Positions 51,501-63,859 are shown, numbered from the whole stretch's first letter. The stretch: 63,859 nucleotides of DNA, filler included, from Choristocarpus tenellus KU-1152 (GCA_964200185.2; 12 parts of 12 records of this genome joined end to end with filler, not necessarily neighbours in it); one strand, 5' to 3'. The notes: generated from the sequence alone by a model not told the origin. A program made the numbers and translations.

Positions 51501-52189
51501 AGCGGACAACGGGAAGAGGACCTCTTCCGCATTCGCAAAGGTGATGAATATGCGGTAGACTCTATCCACGAGCATCATTTTAGGATACCTGGCTCGTCGA
51601 CAACATTGGAGGGTTGAAAGAGGTGAATCCAAGATCAGTGATCTCCCAACTGAGATTGAAGTAAAGATAAAGTCAGGTCATTGTCTAGGTGATGCTTTGT
51701 GGTGGCGACGACGATGTTGCCCAGTATGCTTGCGGCGCCAAAGAGGCTGGGAATCGCTCAAAGCAACAGTCGATGGGAAAACCAGCAACTGCTACATTGT
51801 TCTCAGTAATGGAGCTGGCGCATCAAATCCAGCTGCTCTTATAACAAAAACAACACGCGCAAGTGTGTGGGCACAAATGGGATTGCGTTCTCTTATGAAT
51901 TAATGTACGGAATGCTACGTAAGGTTGAGCTTCCAAGCCCTTGCGATGAGGAAGCTCACCGACACACAGCAAGAAGAGGGATAACCACATATCCCTTGGT
52001 ATTGCGTCCAATCAGACCAGAAACACGCTGATGCGACTTCAGTCTGAAGAGGGAACCTAGGACAGCAGCGATCTCCCACGGACTGCATCCTTCATAGAAA
52101 GCAACACCTTGAGAGGGTCCATCTCCATTACACAGTCTGAGGATGCAAACCTCACACTGCCATGACGATATTTGTTTGTGTGTAGGCAT
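48572..52189 (-). CDS. Unknown multi-exon protein, 5' part (exons approx. 51960-52189, ~51220-51649, 50146-50709, 49041-49092, 48572-48713)
   Basis: GT/AG-bounded open exons. A repeated helical unit occurs at least twice (G.L...E..AL..L...E...V.AAYEVY, at 51300-51420 and 48590-48700). Not all phases could be resolved. Confidence 0.6.
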
Positions 52190-52867
52190 CAGGAAAACAC
52201 TCTCCTGTCAAGATCGTGTTGGGCGAATCTCCCAAAAATGCAGTGCACTCGTTACTCCGTACACGGGTTTGGTCCCGGCGCAAAATACGCAGTACACGTC
52301 TCTCCCAGTTTATATGCAAACAAAGCAGTAGCACAATCAGTTTTCTTCGCGGAGCGTCAAAGTGCAGATGGAACTTGCAGGCTACTGTTCACTGGTACAG
52401 TAGTACCTGTTTCTGGGTTAGATAGGTACAATGATACTATATTGTATTGTTTGTTTTGGCACTGAGCGGGATAATGGTTGGCTATGATACTCGATATTAT
52501 TTTTAATTTGAAGTTGTTCCAATATCTATACTATTACACACATTTTCTACTTTAAAGTTTAGATACGATTACCAATAACACAAAATTCGAAATCATATTA
52601 GCGCGCATACTGCGCGCAGAAATTGGTCTTCCACATTCCACATCCTAATATGATACTCAGAGTTAGTTGGATGTTTGATTTGGTCTGTAGTCTGTCTGTT
52701 CTTCATGTTTCACGTTTAGGCAGGGTTCTAGCAACCCTGCCAGCTTTCTACAGCTATCGTGATTGCTGCATTGTTTGAAACATCTTCTTTGTGCGGTTGG
52801 TGATCCTAAGCCTCTTCCACCTTGGTGGCCTCAGCGCATTAACCCTTCACACAGTTTGGACGAAAGG

Positions 52868-54960
52868 ATGACTTGTTATCATCCCACAGCGAGACTATTT
52901 CAGCACTTGGTGGCATGTTTCTTTCTATTTTCTGCATCTATTGCTTTCATTGGTGTGGATATCAGGATACGAAGGCCAGTTCATGCTGACTTCTCCAGGA
53001 GGTTCCATTTTGTGGGTGTGAAGACCCCCAATGTGTACTACCAGTCAAACCGAGGAGAGCTCCATCGATCCCTAATAACGACTTCAAACTCTCGGGAAAC
53101 AACAAAGGACAGCGAATCTAATAGGTTAGTCAAGATCGCGATCCCGTTGCCTCCATCATTTACTGGGGCAATTGAACTGCAAGTGGGAGATATCATTTGG
53201 CACAATTGCAGGACATGGTTTTATGCTCTGGTTAGCCTCAAATGTTTAGGACCCCCGGGCTGTGGGGAATGTAGGTTGCTTCTCAAATTCTTCCTTATGA
53301 GACGTACATTTTTTTTCATGGTTGGGGCGTTTGGGTGCAGTCTGTCAGTGCTACTGCGTCTTCGAATGCATCCCTGCGCCACCCTCCCGCTTGTTTGCTT
53401 GGAACTGGTAAATTGCATGGTCACAGGGATATGGAGGATGCAGCTGCCGCAGGGATGAAGTCACAATCCCAAGAAGCACCGGTGCTGATCAAAGTCATCG
53501 GGGTGGGTGGCGCTGGTGGCAATGCGGTCAATGGTATGGTCTCAACAGCGACACGTCAGCTGATGGGCGTCGAGTTTATCGCCATGAACACCGACCAGCA
53601 GGCATTGTCTACGTCACTAGCAGGGGTGAGAAAGAACATCCTCAGGGGCGTGGTTCACGAAGCTCTTGGCACAAGGAGGACTTGTTCTCGTTGAACACCT
53701 CTCCAACCTTGCCTTGCTCTTTCCTATGGAAAGGTTGATTTTGTGCAAAGTCTGGTGTACCCTTGTAGCTATACCGCTCCTCGCTCTGAATACGGCAACA
53801 CCGACTGATGGGCAGGAGCAGGGGGGTGGAATATATCATTGTAATAGTGATTGACCATACCCTGAGACTACCTCAAAGTGCTACAATTTTTATGATGGCA
53901 ATTATAAAAATCACCCTTGCAATGACAAGGCCACAAGTTCCCACGCTGAACATGAATGCAACCAATAGAGGCTCACACTACCTGATAGTAAAATGAATTC
54001 AACTGATCAAAGAAAATACATAACAGCTTTCAAGGTGGGGAGGTATTGGTATTGGAATGGCCTTTAAAATGGACTGTTGTTGCAAGGAGCAGTGTGTTCA
54101 TCCGCTGATTTATCCTTCCTTCCAGTTCCTGGACAAAACGAATTGAACTGAAGTAACCTGAGCTTTACTTATAGCACCATCAATCTAATGGCAATATAGT
54201 GGATGCCTATACTCACATTTGTAAGGACATGCAGCAAGTGTTCCAATGCACATGCACACATACATATATGTGTGTATGTTGAAATGCATGCATACAGTCA
54301 TAATGAGACACATTTCAATGTTCGCTTTTGGTATTATCCTCCCCCCTGCAAAGCTTGCACCGACTTTCCCTGCAGTGATGCGCACAATTGAATAAATGTG
54401 CCTAACTTAGAAAAGCCATGCCAATATAATGAACCTAATATTCCTAAGAAGTAGAATCGAGGTGACTGAGGACGAAACATTTTTGTAGAACAAGAAAGCC
54501 ATCCCACTTCATCTTTTTTTTGCCTCAACGTACAGGCGCTTCAATTTGTCTACGATAATATCACCTTTCGTACGGTGTCCACCACCCCCTCGATCTTATA
54601 AGCCTAACCCTGCCTTTTTTATTTATTTTTACATCACCAAGACGAGGTTGTTGCAGTGCAAACTCATGCTGCATGCACTATCACACATATACATACATAC
54701 GTGTGTGTGTATGTATATGCATGCTTAGTACTTACGCGTTTGCATGCATATTTGTGTGTATCTCCAACCTGTGGTGATCTCAATCGCTTAACTTTTAAAT
54801 GTTCAAAATCTCTTTCAGAGGACGCTCACCCTTGGCAAAAACTCGACTGGGGGGCTAGGGGCGGGGGGAAATCCGGAGGTTGGCTACAATGCTGCAAAAG
54901 AGAGCTTGAATGACATTGCAGCAGCTGTTGATGGAGCCGACATGGTATTTGTTACAGCTG
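52868..54960 (+). CDS. ftsZ: Plastid-targeted FtsZ, 5' part. Exons 52868-53124, 53427-53625, 54819-54960
   Basis: [31 protein letters not shown] | [30 protein letters not shown]. Intron phases are consistent (2, 0). The hydrophobic N-terminus ends in SASIAF, an ochrophyte ASAF-type bipartite targeting motif. Confidence 0.95.
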
Positions 54961-55893
54961 GTAAGGCACGGACTGTGGCAGTACTTTGAACACCTGCTAC
55001 TTTTGTGCACGTTTGATTGGATGGGGCTGTGTAGCTGGGGGGGAGGGGGGAGGGTTTTTCCTTGCGCGCTCGGTGCTGTGGATAGTATTTTTTTTTTCAA
55101 CTTTTTTTTTTAATTTAATGTTTTTTGTTGATTAGTGAAAGTCGATGTGTATTTTTAGTTCATATTTGTTGGTGACAAGGAGAGGGCGCATAAGTATGTT
55201 TTGGACTCATATCCCACGGACCAGGGCCAGATCTTGTACCCTTTTTGTTCCTCATGCCCGATACGCCTCTGTGAGGTTTCCAAATAGTCTTGACTCTTGC
55301 GCAGTTTGCACATCCTATGTAGTGGTGTACTACTTTGTATAGTAGATACACTTGAGTGCACAAATCTATGCGTACATACGTATAGTCTGAAGGGTAGCAT
55401 GTTGTCACAGTCGCTGTTGCTCCTCTCTTGTTCCGATTTTGTACATCTCTAATAATTTGAGGTTTTTGTTGTCTGCAGGGCATTGTATCCTTCAACTCAG
55501 AGTGTAGTTTGTTTTTTTAATTGAAAGAAGTCACTGCACATAATATTAAAATATATATATATATATATATATATGGCAGAAACATGCTGCCGATTGCACG
55601 GGCGGACGTCATCTGTCAGCGAAATACGCCAGCCACTGTCTCACGAAGGAAATTGCAGCAGCTGTTATGTCTGTGTGCAATCTGCTTCCCTGCTCCCAAC
55701 TCTCTTACACCCAGATGGTTTAGGACGTGCAGATACATTTGTTACCGTGTAGGCACCACCAACCTGATGCCAGCATTTAATATTTAGCATTAATCAAGAA
55801 TGCAATATTTGGCATGCCTGTCTTCGAATGCCATTGTCTGTGTGTACCTTTTTTCTGTCTTACGTGTTTCCTGGACTGGTTGGTATAGTGGGT

Positions 55894-55914
55894 GGGTCAA
55901 ACTATCTGGGGGGG
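55894..55914. mobile_element. MITE family B terminus within an ftsZ intron (contig end)
   Basis: GGGTCAAACTATCTGGGGGGG. Confidence 0.65.
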
Positions 55915-57684
55915 NNNNNNNNNNNNNNNNNNNNNNNNNNNNNNNNNNNNNNNNNNNNTTAATTAATTAANNNNNNNNNNNNNNNNNNNNNNNNNNNNNN
56001 NNNNNNNNNNNNNNATGTGCCCTCCCCCCCCCCCCCCGCAGCTCCCTTTGATGATGGGAGAAGCTGGTTAGTGAGAGTGCTCTTGATAGAGTCTTGCCCA
56101 TTGTGTAATAAGTTTGATTAGTATTTACTCTACTAACAAGAGTTCAGTTGAGTCTGGGACAGCAGACGGAAGTAACAGACTGAAGTAATCAGCAACAAGA
56201 AATAAGATATTATACTTTGTTGGTGGAAACATTGTAATTAGGTTGGCACAACTGTTTCCACTCTGCTTACTTTGGGTGTGCTTTTCTTTTTGTGGTGTAT
56301 GGGCAGGGTGGAAGAGTACATATGGAATGTGCACCTCTGCTACAACAGCATACCCTTGTAATTGTCCAGTGTTTTTTATATATTTCCCCTGAAAAAGTTA
56401 TTTCTAGCAACCAGAGGGAAGAATGTGTCATGCCAAATGATGAGACTTACATATATAGTAAGATCACCAGGGGCAATACCAGCTTACTTTTAATGCCTCT
56501 TCATTTGGGCTGCACCAAATTGCTCTATAAAACTGGCAACTTAATGAAGTTGGGTAATGATGAACACATATCTTACAAGGCACAAATGAATGTGGCCATG
56601 TGACCATCAAGAGATAATGTAGCATTGCTCCTACTGCTGATGTTGATATTTCTGTTTCGTGTGTCCACCAGTGCAAGCCTGACAATCAACGTTAGCATGT
56701 GAAACATAATTTTGATGGATCATGTACACGCTGGAGAAATATAGCAGTACGATGTTGCCTGCCTGACCACCAGGAAAGCTCCTCAACCGACATCACAAAA
56801 CTAATGCATAAGTACGAGTATTAGCTTTCATGTGTCCCACCTCAGGAATAGAAAAACATTCATACCTATCGATTGAAGCAAGTGGAGATCTTTGCCATAA
56901 AGTCTAACACTAGTACAAATAGGTAGGATGAGCCTGACTGCCTCAAAAAACATTGCAAGTCATAGTGGAGGGGATGAGGGGGTATCCCCTGCGGTGACAT
57001 GCAACGTGAGTTGTCCGCTAGGCAACAGGAATTACTAATTTCGTGATGGTAGTGTTATGTCAACATTTCTTCCTGACAGCATGGTTGGTGGCACGATCTG
57101 CTCCTTGCGTCATGATTTTCATTGCTGCCCTTCCCGTTTCTACAACTTCAATTTTGGGCTTTTTGCTCTCCTTGAAGGTGGCAATGGGGGTAGCCAGGGT
57201 ATTCTGTATGTTGCCTACTGATTCTTGGCGCAGCAGTTGGATCTCAGTCCCATGTGGGCCAAAGGGGACACACATGGATCGATAAAATACAGTTAGGGTC
57301 ATTCTTCGCGATGCACACGAAATTTAATCAAATATGTTTGTCTTGAGAAAACGTTCATAGGCATGGTAGAACAGATACAGTACATGCCTACCCCACACAG
57401 GGAGCCTCAATAGAGGGACGTGCAAATCAACCACTTGTTAGGGGCAAGTACATCAGTCCGTATCCCTAACCCTGAATATAGACTCAGTCTCAAGTACAAC
57501 CGTCCCACAAGCTAATTCAGTCATGTACACATTGTGCTGCGGGAGAAGCTGCACAGGCTAGTAGCACCCTATTACAGGTTTCAAATTGAGCATCAACACA
57601 CCAGCAAAATGGCTTTTAAAAAATAAGAGATCAGCCTCGGATTCCTCAATGAATGTAGTAATAATGAGATCTCTCTTCCAGGTA

Positions 57685-59392
57685 CTCCCTTCGTTTGGGA
57701 TTAAATGTAATACAACTTTTGCCAGTTCTGTTCTCACCCGGGAACAGCCCATCCGATAAAACCTCTGGACGAGGCTTAGTTCCCTTATAGATTGGTAGGT
57801 TGCAAAGCTTGAGGTGGTGGGCTGTCACGACTGTGGAAGATCACTAGTGCAAGGTCAACAAAGTCGCATTTGACAGAGTTCTAAAGCCTCATCATGAAAC
57901 ACTCAAAGCGGATGTTTATTGGGATGCCTATGACAAAGGCTCCCCGTCGTTCGAGCGGCTTGTTCATCCCGCTGTAGCCCTTCAGTCCAATTCTTTGTCC
58001 CAGAAGTCTGTCCAGGGTTCATACTCAAACATCCCGATGAAGAACAGGATGGTGACGTAACACCTCAAGGTGAGGAGTCGCAAGACTTGGATGTTTTAGG
58101 GGACGGCAGTGGCCACGCGGAGGACTTTGGAATTTCCCAATCACCGTGAACCGTCACCTGGAGGAGTATGACAGTCAGATCGCGAGGGGTGAATGCATGG
58201 ACCTTGTACGATGTCACAAGGGGTGATGTGGCTGCCATGCAAGAGTCCTCGACGTTTGAGATGTCCCATTGGTACACAACATATCCTTCAGCAAATGGGC
58301 GGTCAAAGCTGGAGTCTCCAATGTCTCGTTGTGGGATCTATTCACGTGCGAGAAGGTGAAAAAGGTGAAACAGTGGTTTAAGCCAGTCCTCTCAGACCAG
58401 CAGAAGTCAACAGGGTGAGTTTCATCATCAGCCACACGCACAGGAGGGGGGAAAGTGGAGTATTTGTGGACGATCTATATGACTGGGTGCATGTGGACGA
58501 GAAGTGGCTTTACCTCCTCGAAGATGGGCACGGGCACAGAATAAGCATTACATGACGAAGGTGATGTTCAGCTGTGGCCCACCCGAGAAAGCTCTTCTAT
58601 GGAGTGTGGTTCGATTGGAAATCGGGATCTGCCCAATTGTGAACACTGAGGTCACTCAACGCTCCAGTAAACACTGCCCCAAGGGTCCAAGGTGGTTGTG
58701 CCAGCCACAGTGAACGGGGAAAGGTATAAGAAGGTCATGATTGGGGATGCCATCCTTGAAATCAAGGCCTGCATACCTAGGCCGGAAGGACACACCATCT
58801 TTGTGTAGCAGGAGGCGGCAAAGTCACACACCAAGGGGGGGATCATGGAGGTAATCGAGGAGGCAGCAAGGGATGACATTGTTACAGAGACCCAGCCAGC
58901 CAACTCACCTGACCTCAACGTCAACGACCTGGTATTCTGTCATTCCATCCAGTAACTGAAAGAAGACGTGGGGGTGACCAAGACAGGGGAGCTAGTGGAG
59001 GCAATTGAGGAGGCATTCGATATGTACTACCGTGGGAGACACTAGAGTGCGTTTGGCAGAGCCTCTTCACAGTCTACGGTGAAGTGCTGGGGTCTAAGCG
59101 TGACAACCTCGTCAAAATCCTCATCTTAGCAAGGAAAAGGTTGAGAACGTAGGCAAGCTCCCCTGAATCCGCTGGTGGATGTGGCAAAATAATGTATCGG
59201 AAATGGAGTTTTGGAGGGCTTCAGAGGCGGAATCATAGATAGGTTTAGGCTACCCCATTTTGCTTTAGATTTTGGTGCGCAACCTTTTTAGTGTCTGTAC
59301 CATATGCCCATAAAATATGGAGATGTAAAAAGAAATCTTGCATCTTAACGGCCCCGCAAAATTTATGTTCATTTAATTCTGAACGGAGGGGT
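57685..59392 (+). mobile_element. Full-length degenerate plant-type mariner (DD39D/Stowaway-related), TA TSD
   Basis: TIRs TA|CTCCCTTCGTTTGGGATTAAATG and CATTTAATTCTGAACGGAGGGGT|TA. Transposase motifs LYDWVHVDEKWLY, YMTKVMF, IGICP, RSSKHCPKG, IFV*QEAAKSH, QPANSPDLNVNDL. Confidence 0.9.
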
Positions 59393-59899
59393 TATAACAA
59401 TTCTGATGCTACGAGGTATTTTCTTGCCCTGATGTAAATCATGGCAGGGTCGAACAAGATATTGGTAGGGCAGAGCAGGGCATGGAGGAAACGTTACAAA
59501 GCCATAATAAAGTGAGGATAGAAGAAAATGCTCATACATGGGATATAGAAAGGGATTTGGTCAATGAGGGCTGAGAATTTGTACTGCCCGATCCCTCCAC
59601 AACAAGAATTGAGGTGAAGCCAGAAGAAGCAGAATTAAACACACCATAACTAACGTTGTTGTCAATTTTTGTAGTACGTCACTAATCTCATTCTTCTATT
59701 TTAGTCATAATAAATATCTCAAGGAGGAAACTCTCTTACCCTAACAGTTTTACGTATAGCTACTTCATGGATGACAATGCTACAGCCTCTACAGGGTGAT
59801 GTGATATACAAGGTATTTGATGGAAAAGATAAAATGGGTAAGCATTTCACACAAACCACAGCAAAATTGGATGTACATAGAGACTCACATCACCCTCTT

Positions 59900-60780
59900 G
59901 ATGACCTTTCGACCTGCCTCATCCCATCGGCCCTACTACTCCTTTCGTCATATTTCTTCATCCATAAGCATAATGACACCTTCAGATCACCGATGAAGCT
60001 GTAAAAATTTCGTTCCCCACTGTGTTGCTCATACCAAAAGTTGTTCCGCCACATTTCTCTTGTATTTTTAAGTTCAAACCTGCCCATTCTACGTAAGCCT
60101 GCCCTGCCAAAACATGTACGCCCCCTTTCCTTTACCAACCGTCATTGGCATTGTACAATCAATCCTCTTTCATATTTTCAACCGCCTTCCTGAGGAACAC
60201 ATTCTCGTGACATCCATTAAATTATGTTCTTGATATCATAAGAGTCTACCAACGTTTTACCGGTCACTACTTTCGCCGATTGAGGTACCTTTATTTCCCT
60301 AAAAATGGCAGAACCCGCGTCGCCTAGGAACATATCATGGGGCACTTCATCCGACGGCTTCATTCGGAGAGGCCAATCTCTCCCCTACTGCAAGCACCTG
60401 TATCGAGGGGCAATGCTATGTCCTCACCAAGCACAGGTAAGTGCAATTGGTGGTGAGACTGTCTAGGCGGTTCACTTTCTCCCTCAATGTACTTATTATG
60501 GGTGTGGAGAGTCTGTTTAGTGATTTTTTCGACTGAAACTGTTTGTCTCACCCGCTTCATTGCAACATGGTCTTGTACAGGATGGATGTTGCAACACAAC
60601 ATATCGTTTTCCCCATGGTGGTTTAGTCTGGGCAATCTGTGGACCTCATCATCCATGCCCCTGCGTACACGAACACTACCTGCATCATCAGCCAACCGCT
60701 GAACTGGGGGGACATTGAACCCCATTTCAGTCAACAAGGGTGTCCATGGTACTCTGGGAAGTAGCGGCAAGGAGGGTCTA
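59900..60780 (-). pseudogene. Retroelement aspartic-protease-like remnant
   Basis: LPVLGEDIALPLDTGACS near 60400. Surrounding frames are broken. Confidence 0.35.
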
Positions 60781-60855
60781 TTTCTCTACCTTGCGTCTAT
60801 ATTTGTGACAGGTTGGTCATGGATGTGGGATATCGATCTACCCAAATCTCTTCCT

Positions 60856-61038
60856 GGCCCAAAGTATCTGGGGGGGGGAGCGGGTCTACACCAAAGTGTC
60901 CATTTGGACCAAAACCACGAAAAGTGCACTTTCATTATCCACCCAACGTATGGAACCAAATCACCTAAGAATCGCGACATGAAAAAATTGGCCCCAAATG
61001 GACAGCCGCTACCCTCCCCCCCCCAGATACTTTGACCC
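60856..61038. mobile_element. MITE family B, complete 183-bp copy, TSD TCCT/TCCA
   Basis: GGCCCAAAGTATCTGGGGGGGG...CCCCCCCCAGATACTTTGACCC, with subterminal GTCCATTTGG / CCAAATGGAC. Confidence 0.9.
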
Positions 61039-61191
61039 TCCATTAACCTAAACGTTGATAGAGGGCATGAGGAAAATCGGAAAATAAAGACNNNNNNNNN
61101 NNNNNNNNNNNNNNNNNNNNNNNNNNNNNNNNNNNTTAATTAATTAANNNNNNNNNNNNNNNNNNNNNNNNNNNNNNNNNNNNNNNNNNNN

Positions 61192-61217
61192 CCACCCCCT
61201 CCCAGATACTTTGAGCC
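61192..61217. mobile_element. MITE family B terminus (contig start)
   Basis: CCACCCCCTCCCAGATACTTTGAGCC. Confidence 0.8.
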
Positions 61218-61409
61218 TTGAGTGAAGTCCTGTGCCACCAAACCTTCCTCGCCAGGGTGCTTCTCATATGGAAGATGGTTCTTGATGGTCTGGAGTAGAT
61301 ATTATTTACTTCTCAGACTCACAAGTCTTGTACAGGCAGCCCTTTGCTGACAAGCTTCCTCTGGTTTTCGTTTCTGGCTCCAACCCTGGTCCATTAATTC
61401 CTCCGCCTG

Positions 61410-63844
61410 TTAAGACGGTGTCGCTCTCCTCTGGCAACAAACGATCTGAAGGTTTCCTTTACCTTCACAGTTGTAGCATATTCCTTCAAAAGAACAAGGA
61501 CCAATATGCTTGATCAGTCCACAGTTTAAACATCTTCTGTTGGTTCTGATCTCGTCTCTGGTAGGGGATCTTGTTGTAATATGGTCCGTACGTTGACCAG
61601 TTGTACCTTGGCCGCCTCCTCCGCTGACCTTCTGTGTTCTCTTCCATGAGTTTATGGTCCCAGCGGCTAGAGTGCTCACAGGCTCCCCACGGTTAGCTCC
61701 TCCTTTCCTTTCTGGTGGAGGCTTACTTACTGCTCCTGCTAATAATGTCCTGCTCCCCTAGTGGCAGGTACAGCAATTGCTTTTCTCATTCCGTAAGCAA
61801 GAATCTTGGGGTCTCCAATCGATGGGTGTGCCCCCTTCAGGGACAAGTTTTGTGACGACTGCTCTAGGTCCATAGGCAGATTCTTGTGGCTCTAGAAGCG
61901 TCCGCAAAGGCGTTAAAATGTTTGGGGAGTGAGTAGCCCACCTGCATTGTGTAGACATGGGTGAACCCCCAACTGTTCCTGAGGGACTCAATGGCCACAT
62001 CTGGGTTGGTGTACCACAGCACAGGGAAGAAGTGCACCGCCCTAAAGTCGAACTTGTCCTGGTCGGGGATGTGTGCGCAGTGTGTGGAGGGGAGGGCAAT
62101 ACGTCAAGCACTGAAGCACGTGTGAATGTGATGATGTATGTTGACCACTTCCATAGCCTACATTATCCTTAGTGATAAAAACGAACGAATTGTTAGTGGC
62201 TACATACGTGCTGGATGCGCGGTGTTCTTGGATCTTTCCAATGGGAGACGTTTCACGTTCAAGTATGGACAAGGCCTAAATGCACTTATGCTGGAACCAT
62301 TGCGCTTCTTGTACTCCCTCCAAACGCCGACTAGAAGTTCCTCCAGCTCGTCCGTTTCTGGTGGAAAGAAGTGAGACTAAGGAAGGGAGTGAGAGTGGTC
62401 AGTCGTTCATGTCGAATCTATATCCATCTGTGCGTCAAAAAGAACGCAACGTTTTGTAACAATGGTATCAAACAATTCGTGGAAAAGAGTCATGTAGAGT
62501 TTACCTTTGTCCATACATATCTGCATGAGTGTGGCGTTGGAGTTGTAGAGCTGTGTGGCGGTGTGGTCGGAGATTTTCATGATCCCGCTTTCTAGGTTTG
62601 TATCTTCCCAGGCTTCCTTGAGGAATACCTTTATTTTTGCTGCAACCCTCCTTCTTACAGCCATTTGGAATGCGGTCTGGTTGCACCCAAAGTCTATGTC
62701 CTTGAGGCGGTATTGGTTGCAATGGCTGACCAATGCCCTCCTGCATGTATGGGGTTTGCTGTCATCGCTGGTTTCTGGTACGTAGGGGTGGGACCTGTCG
62801 CAAGTGTAATCCCGCATATACTCCATCTTTACCCTAACCCAGGATATCATCAACTTGAAGATATCCAAGAGATTTGGCACATGGGATCTACTTGCCACAA
62901 CGCCCTCCCCGATCAATATAGATTTGGCTTTCTCGCGACTGCATTGCGGAAAATTCTTCCTCATAAAGAGTGAAAGTATCTTAGAGGGCAACGAGTTTTG
63001 CCCCGTTTGTCCATTTGGGGTTTGGCTTCCCATTTTTTTTTTAATGACGTTTTCCTACTCCAAAATGTTTAGGGGTAGGTAAAATGTGTATGTTATGAAA
63101 CGGTGTGTCCGAAACAAGGATATTGACACTTCGTAACAAACGTGATAGCCAAAATTACATCAAAATCACAACATTGGGTTTGACCCCCAAATGGACGCGG
63201 CTCTACCCTCTAAGATACTTTGGCTCAAACCTCCTCTGTTGATTCCTCTGCAGTGTCGCTCTGACCTCTGACGCCCAACGTGCTGTGACATGAGCGGGGA
63301 TGTGTATGCTGCAAGGAAGATTAGTCCCCTTGGGAATACACACCACGGTCCTCAACAGCATAATCCTATACTGCCCATTCAGACAAAATAAAGTGTTATC
63401 TATGTTAGTGGGATCCCTCTCCTTGCCGTGCTTGTCTACTCCTATGCAGCCCTTTCCAATGTAGTGCGAGAATAGTTCATCCTCGGAGACATCAAGGGGA
63501 ACCTGTGGTCCATGCACGGAGGCCTTGAACTCCTTGAGAGTCTTCTAATGTGAGCACAAAGAGAAGGGCTGTCCACTCAAGATGATCGCGAGCTTCTTGG
63601 CCACGTCTTGTGAGTCTGTGCCCAGTTTATTGAAAATACTCTTGACCCTCCCCTTGTCGAGGAGGTTCGCATTAAACTCTTGGGACATGAATGTCGATAT
63701 GGCAAGGTCCATGGTATGCGCCGCGTTGAGGCTTGTTGCTATCACCTCTGTGGTCCTTCTTCCCACTGGAGTTGTTGGTGCTCCCGGCCGTTGCTCTGTG
63801 GCATGGTAGGGGGGGGTTTCAAGCAGCGGTAGCAACCAACACAA
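61410..63844 (-). pseudogene. Degenerate large gag/ORF1-like frame: unknown N-terminal family (copy 2) followed by two CCHC-like knuckles
   Basis: 63844-62407 is homologous to 32275-33510. On the same strand downstream lies RCLNCGLIKHIGPC..CYNCEGKGNLQIVC (~61430-61540). Confidence 0.6.
62968..63226 (-). mobile_element. MITE family A, 259 bp, TSD AAA
   Basis: GAGTGAAAGTATCTTAGAGGGCA...CTCTACCCTCTAAGATACTTTGGCTC. Removal with one AAA restores the in-frame QRRF-MRKNF. Confidence 0.93.
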
Positions 63845-63859
63845 ACGAGATGCATGCAG

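Noticed and set aside
53431-53625. Bacterial ftsZ, contamination or recent HGT
   Set aside because: Split by phase-consistent spliceosomal introns and preceded by a bipartite plastid-targeting sequence.

Overview
This is eukaryotic, repeat-rich DNA, not one locus. Twelve unrelated contigs are joined by 11 artificial 100-bp linkers (44 N + TTAATTAATTAA + 44 N), so neighbourhoods across linkers carry no meaning. The host is most likely a photosynthetic stramenopile (brown-alga-like). Evidence: an intron-split FtsZ with a signal peptide ending in an ASAF-like plastid motif, long spliceosomal introns, intronic TTAGGG tracts and a CCA-less tRNA-Arg(ACG). Host gene fragments: an FG-GAP protein similar to plant NERD1/At3g51050 (7 exons), a DUF3638-type giant protein, FtsZ and an unknown gene head-to-head with it. 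The rest is mostly decayed transposons: two Ty3/Gypsy elements, further gag/protease remnants, three solo-LTR copies, a full-length dead plant-type mariner and probable LINE debris. The most striking signal is three related non-autonomous TIR families (at least 18 copies or fragments) with GAG/GGG...CTC/CCC ends and 3-4 bp TSDs, which is Sola2-like. Their ends supply most of a splice donor (GT-GAGT) and acceptor (CTAAG...TTT..CTC-AG). The copy at 12417-12673 has an AGGT TSD and so forms a sequence-perfect GT-AG intron whose removal restores the empty site. This makes the family a candidate intron-generating (introner-type) system; activity is inferred, not shown. Also notable: an unrecognised protein family present in two diverged copies, one upstream of CCHC knuckles, and a divergent gene pair sharing a GE-x-YTWKD motif.
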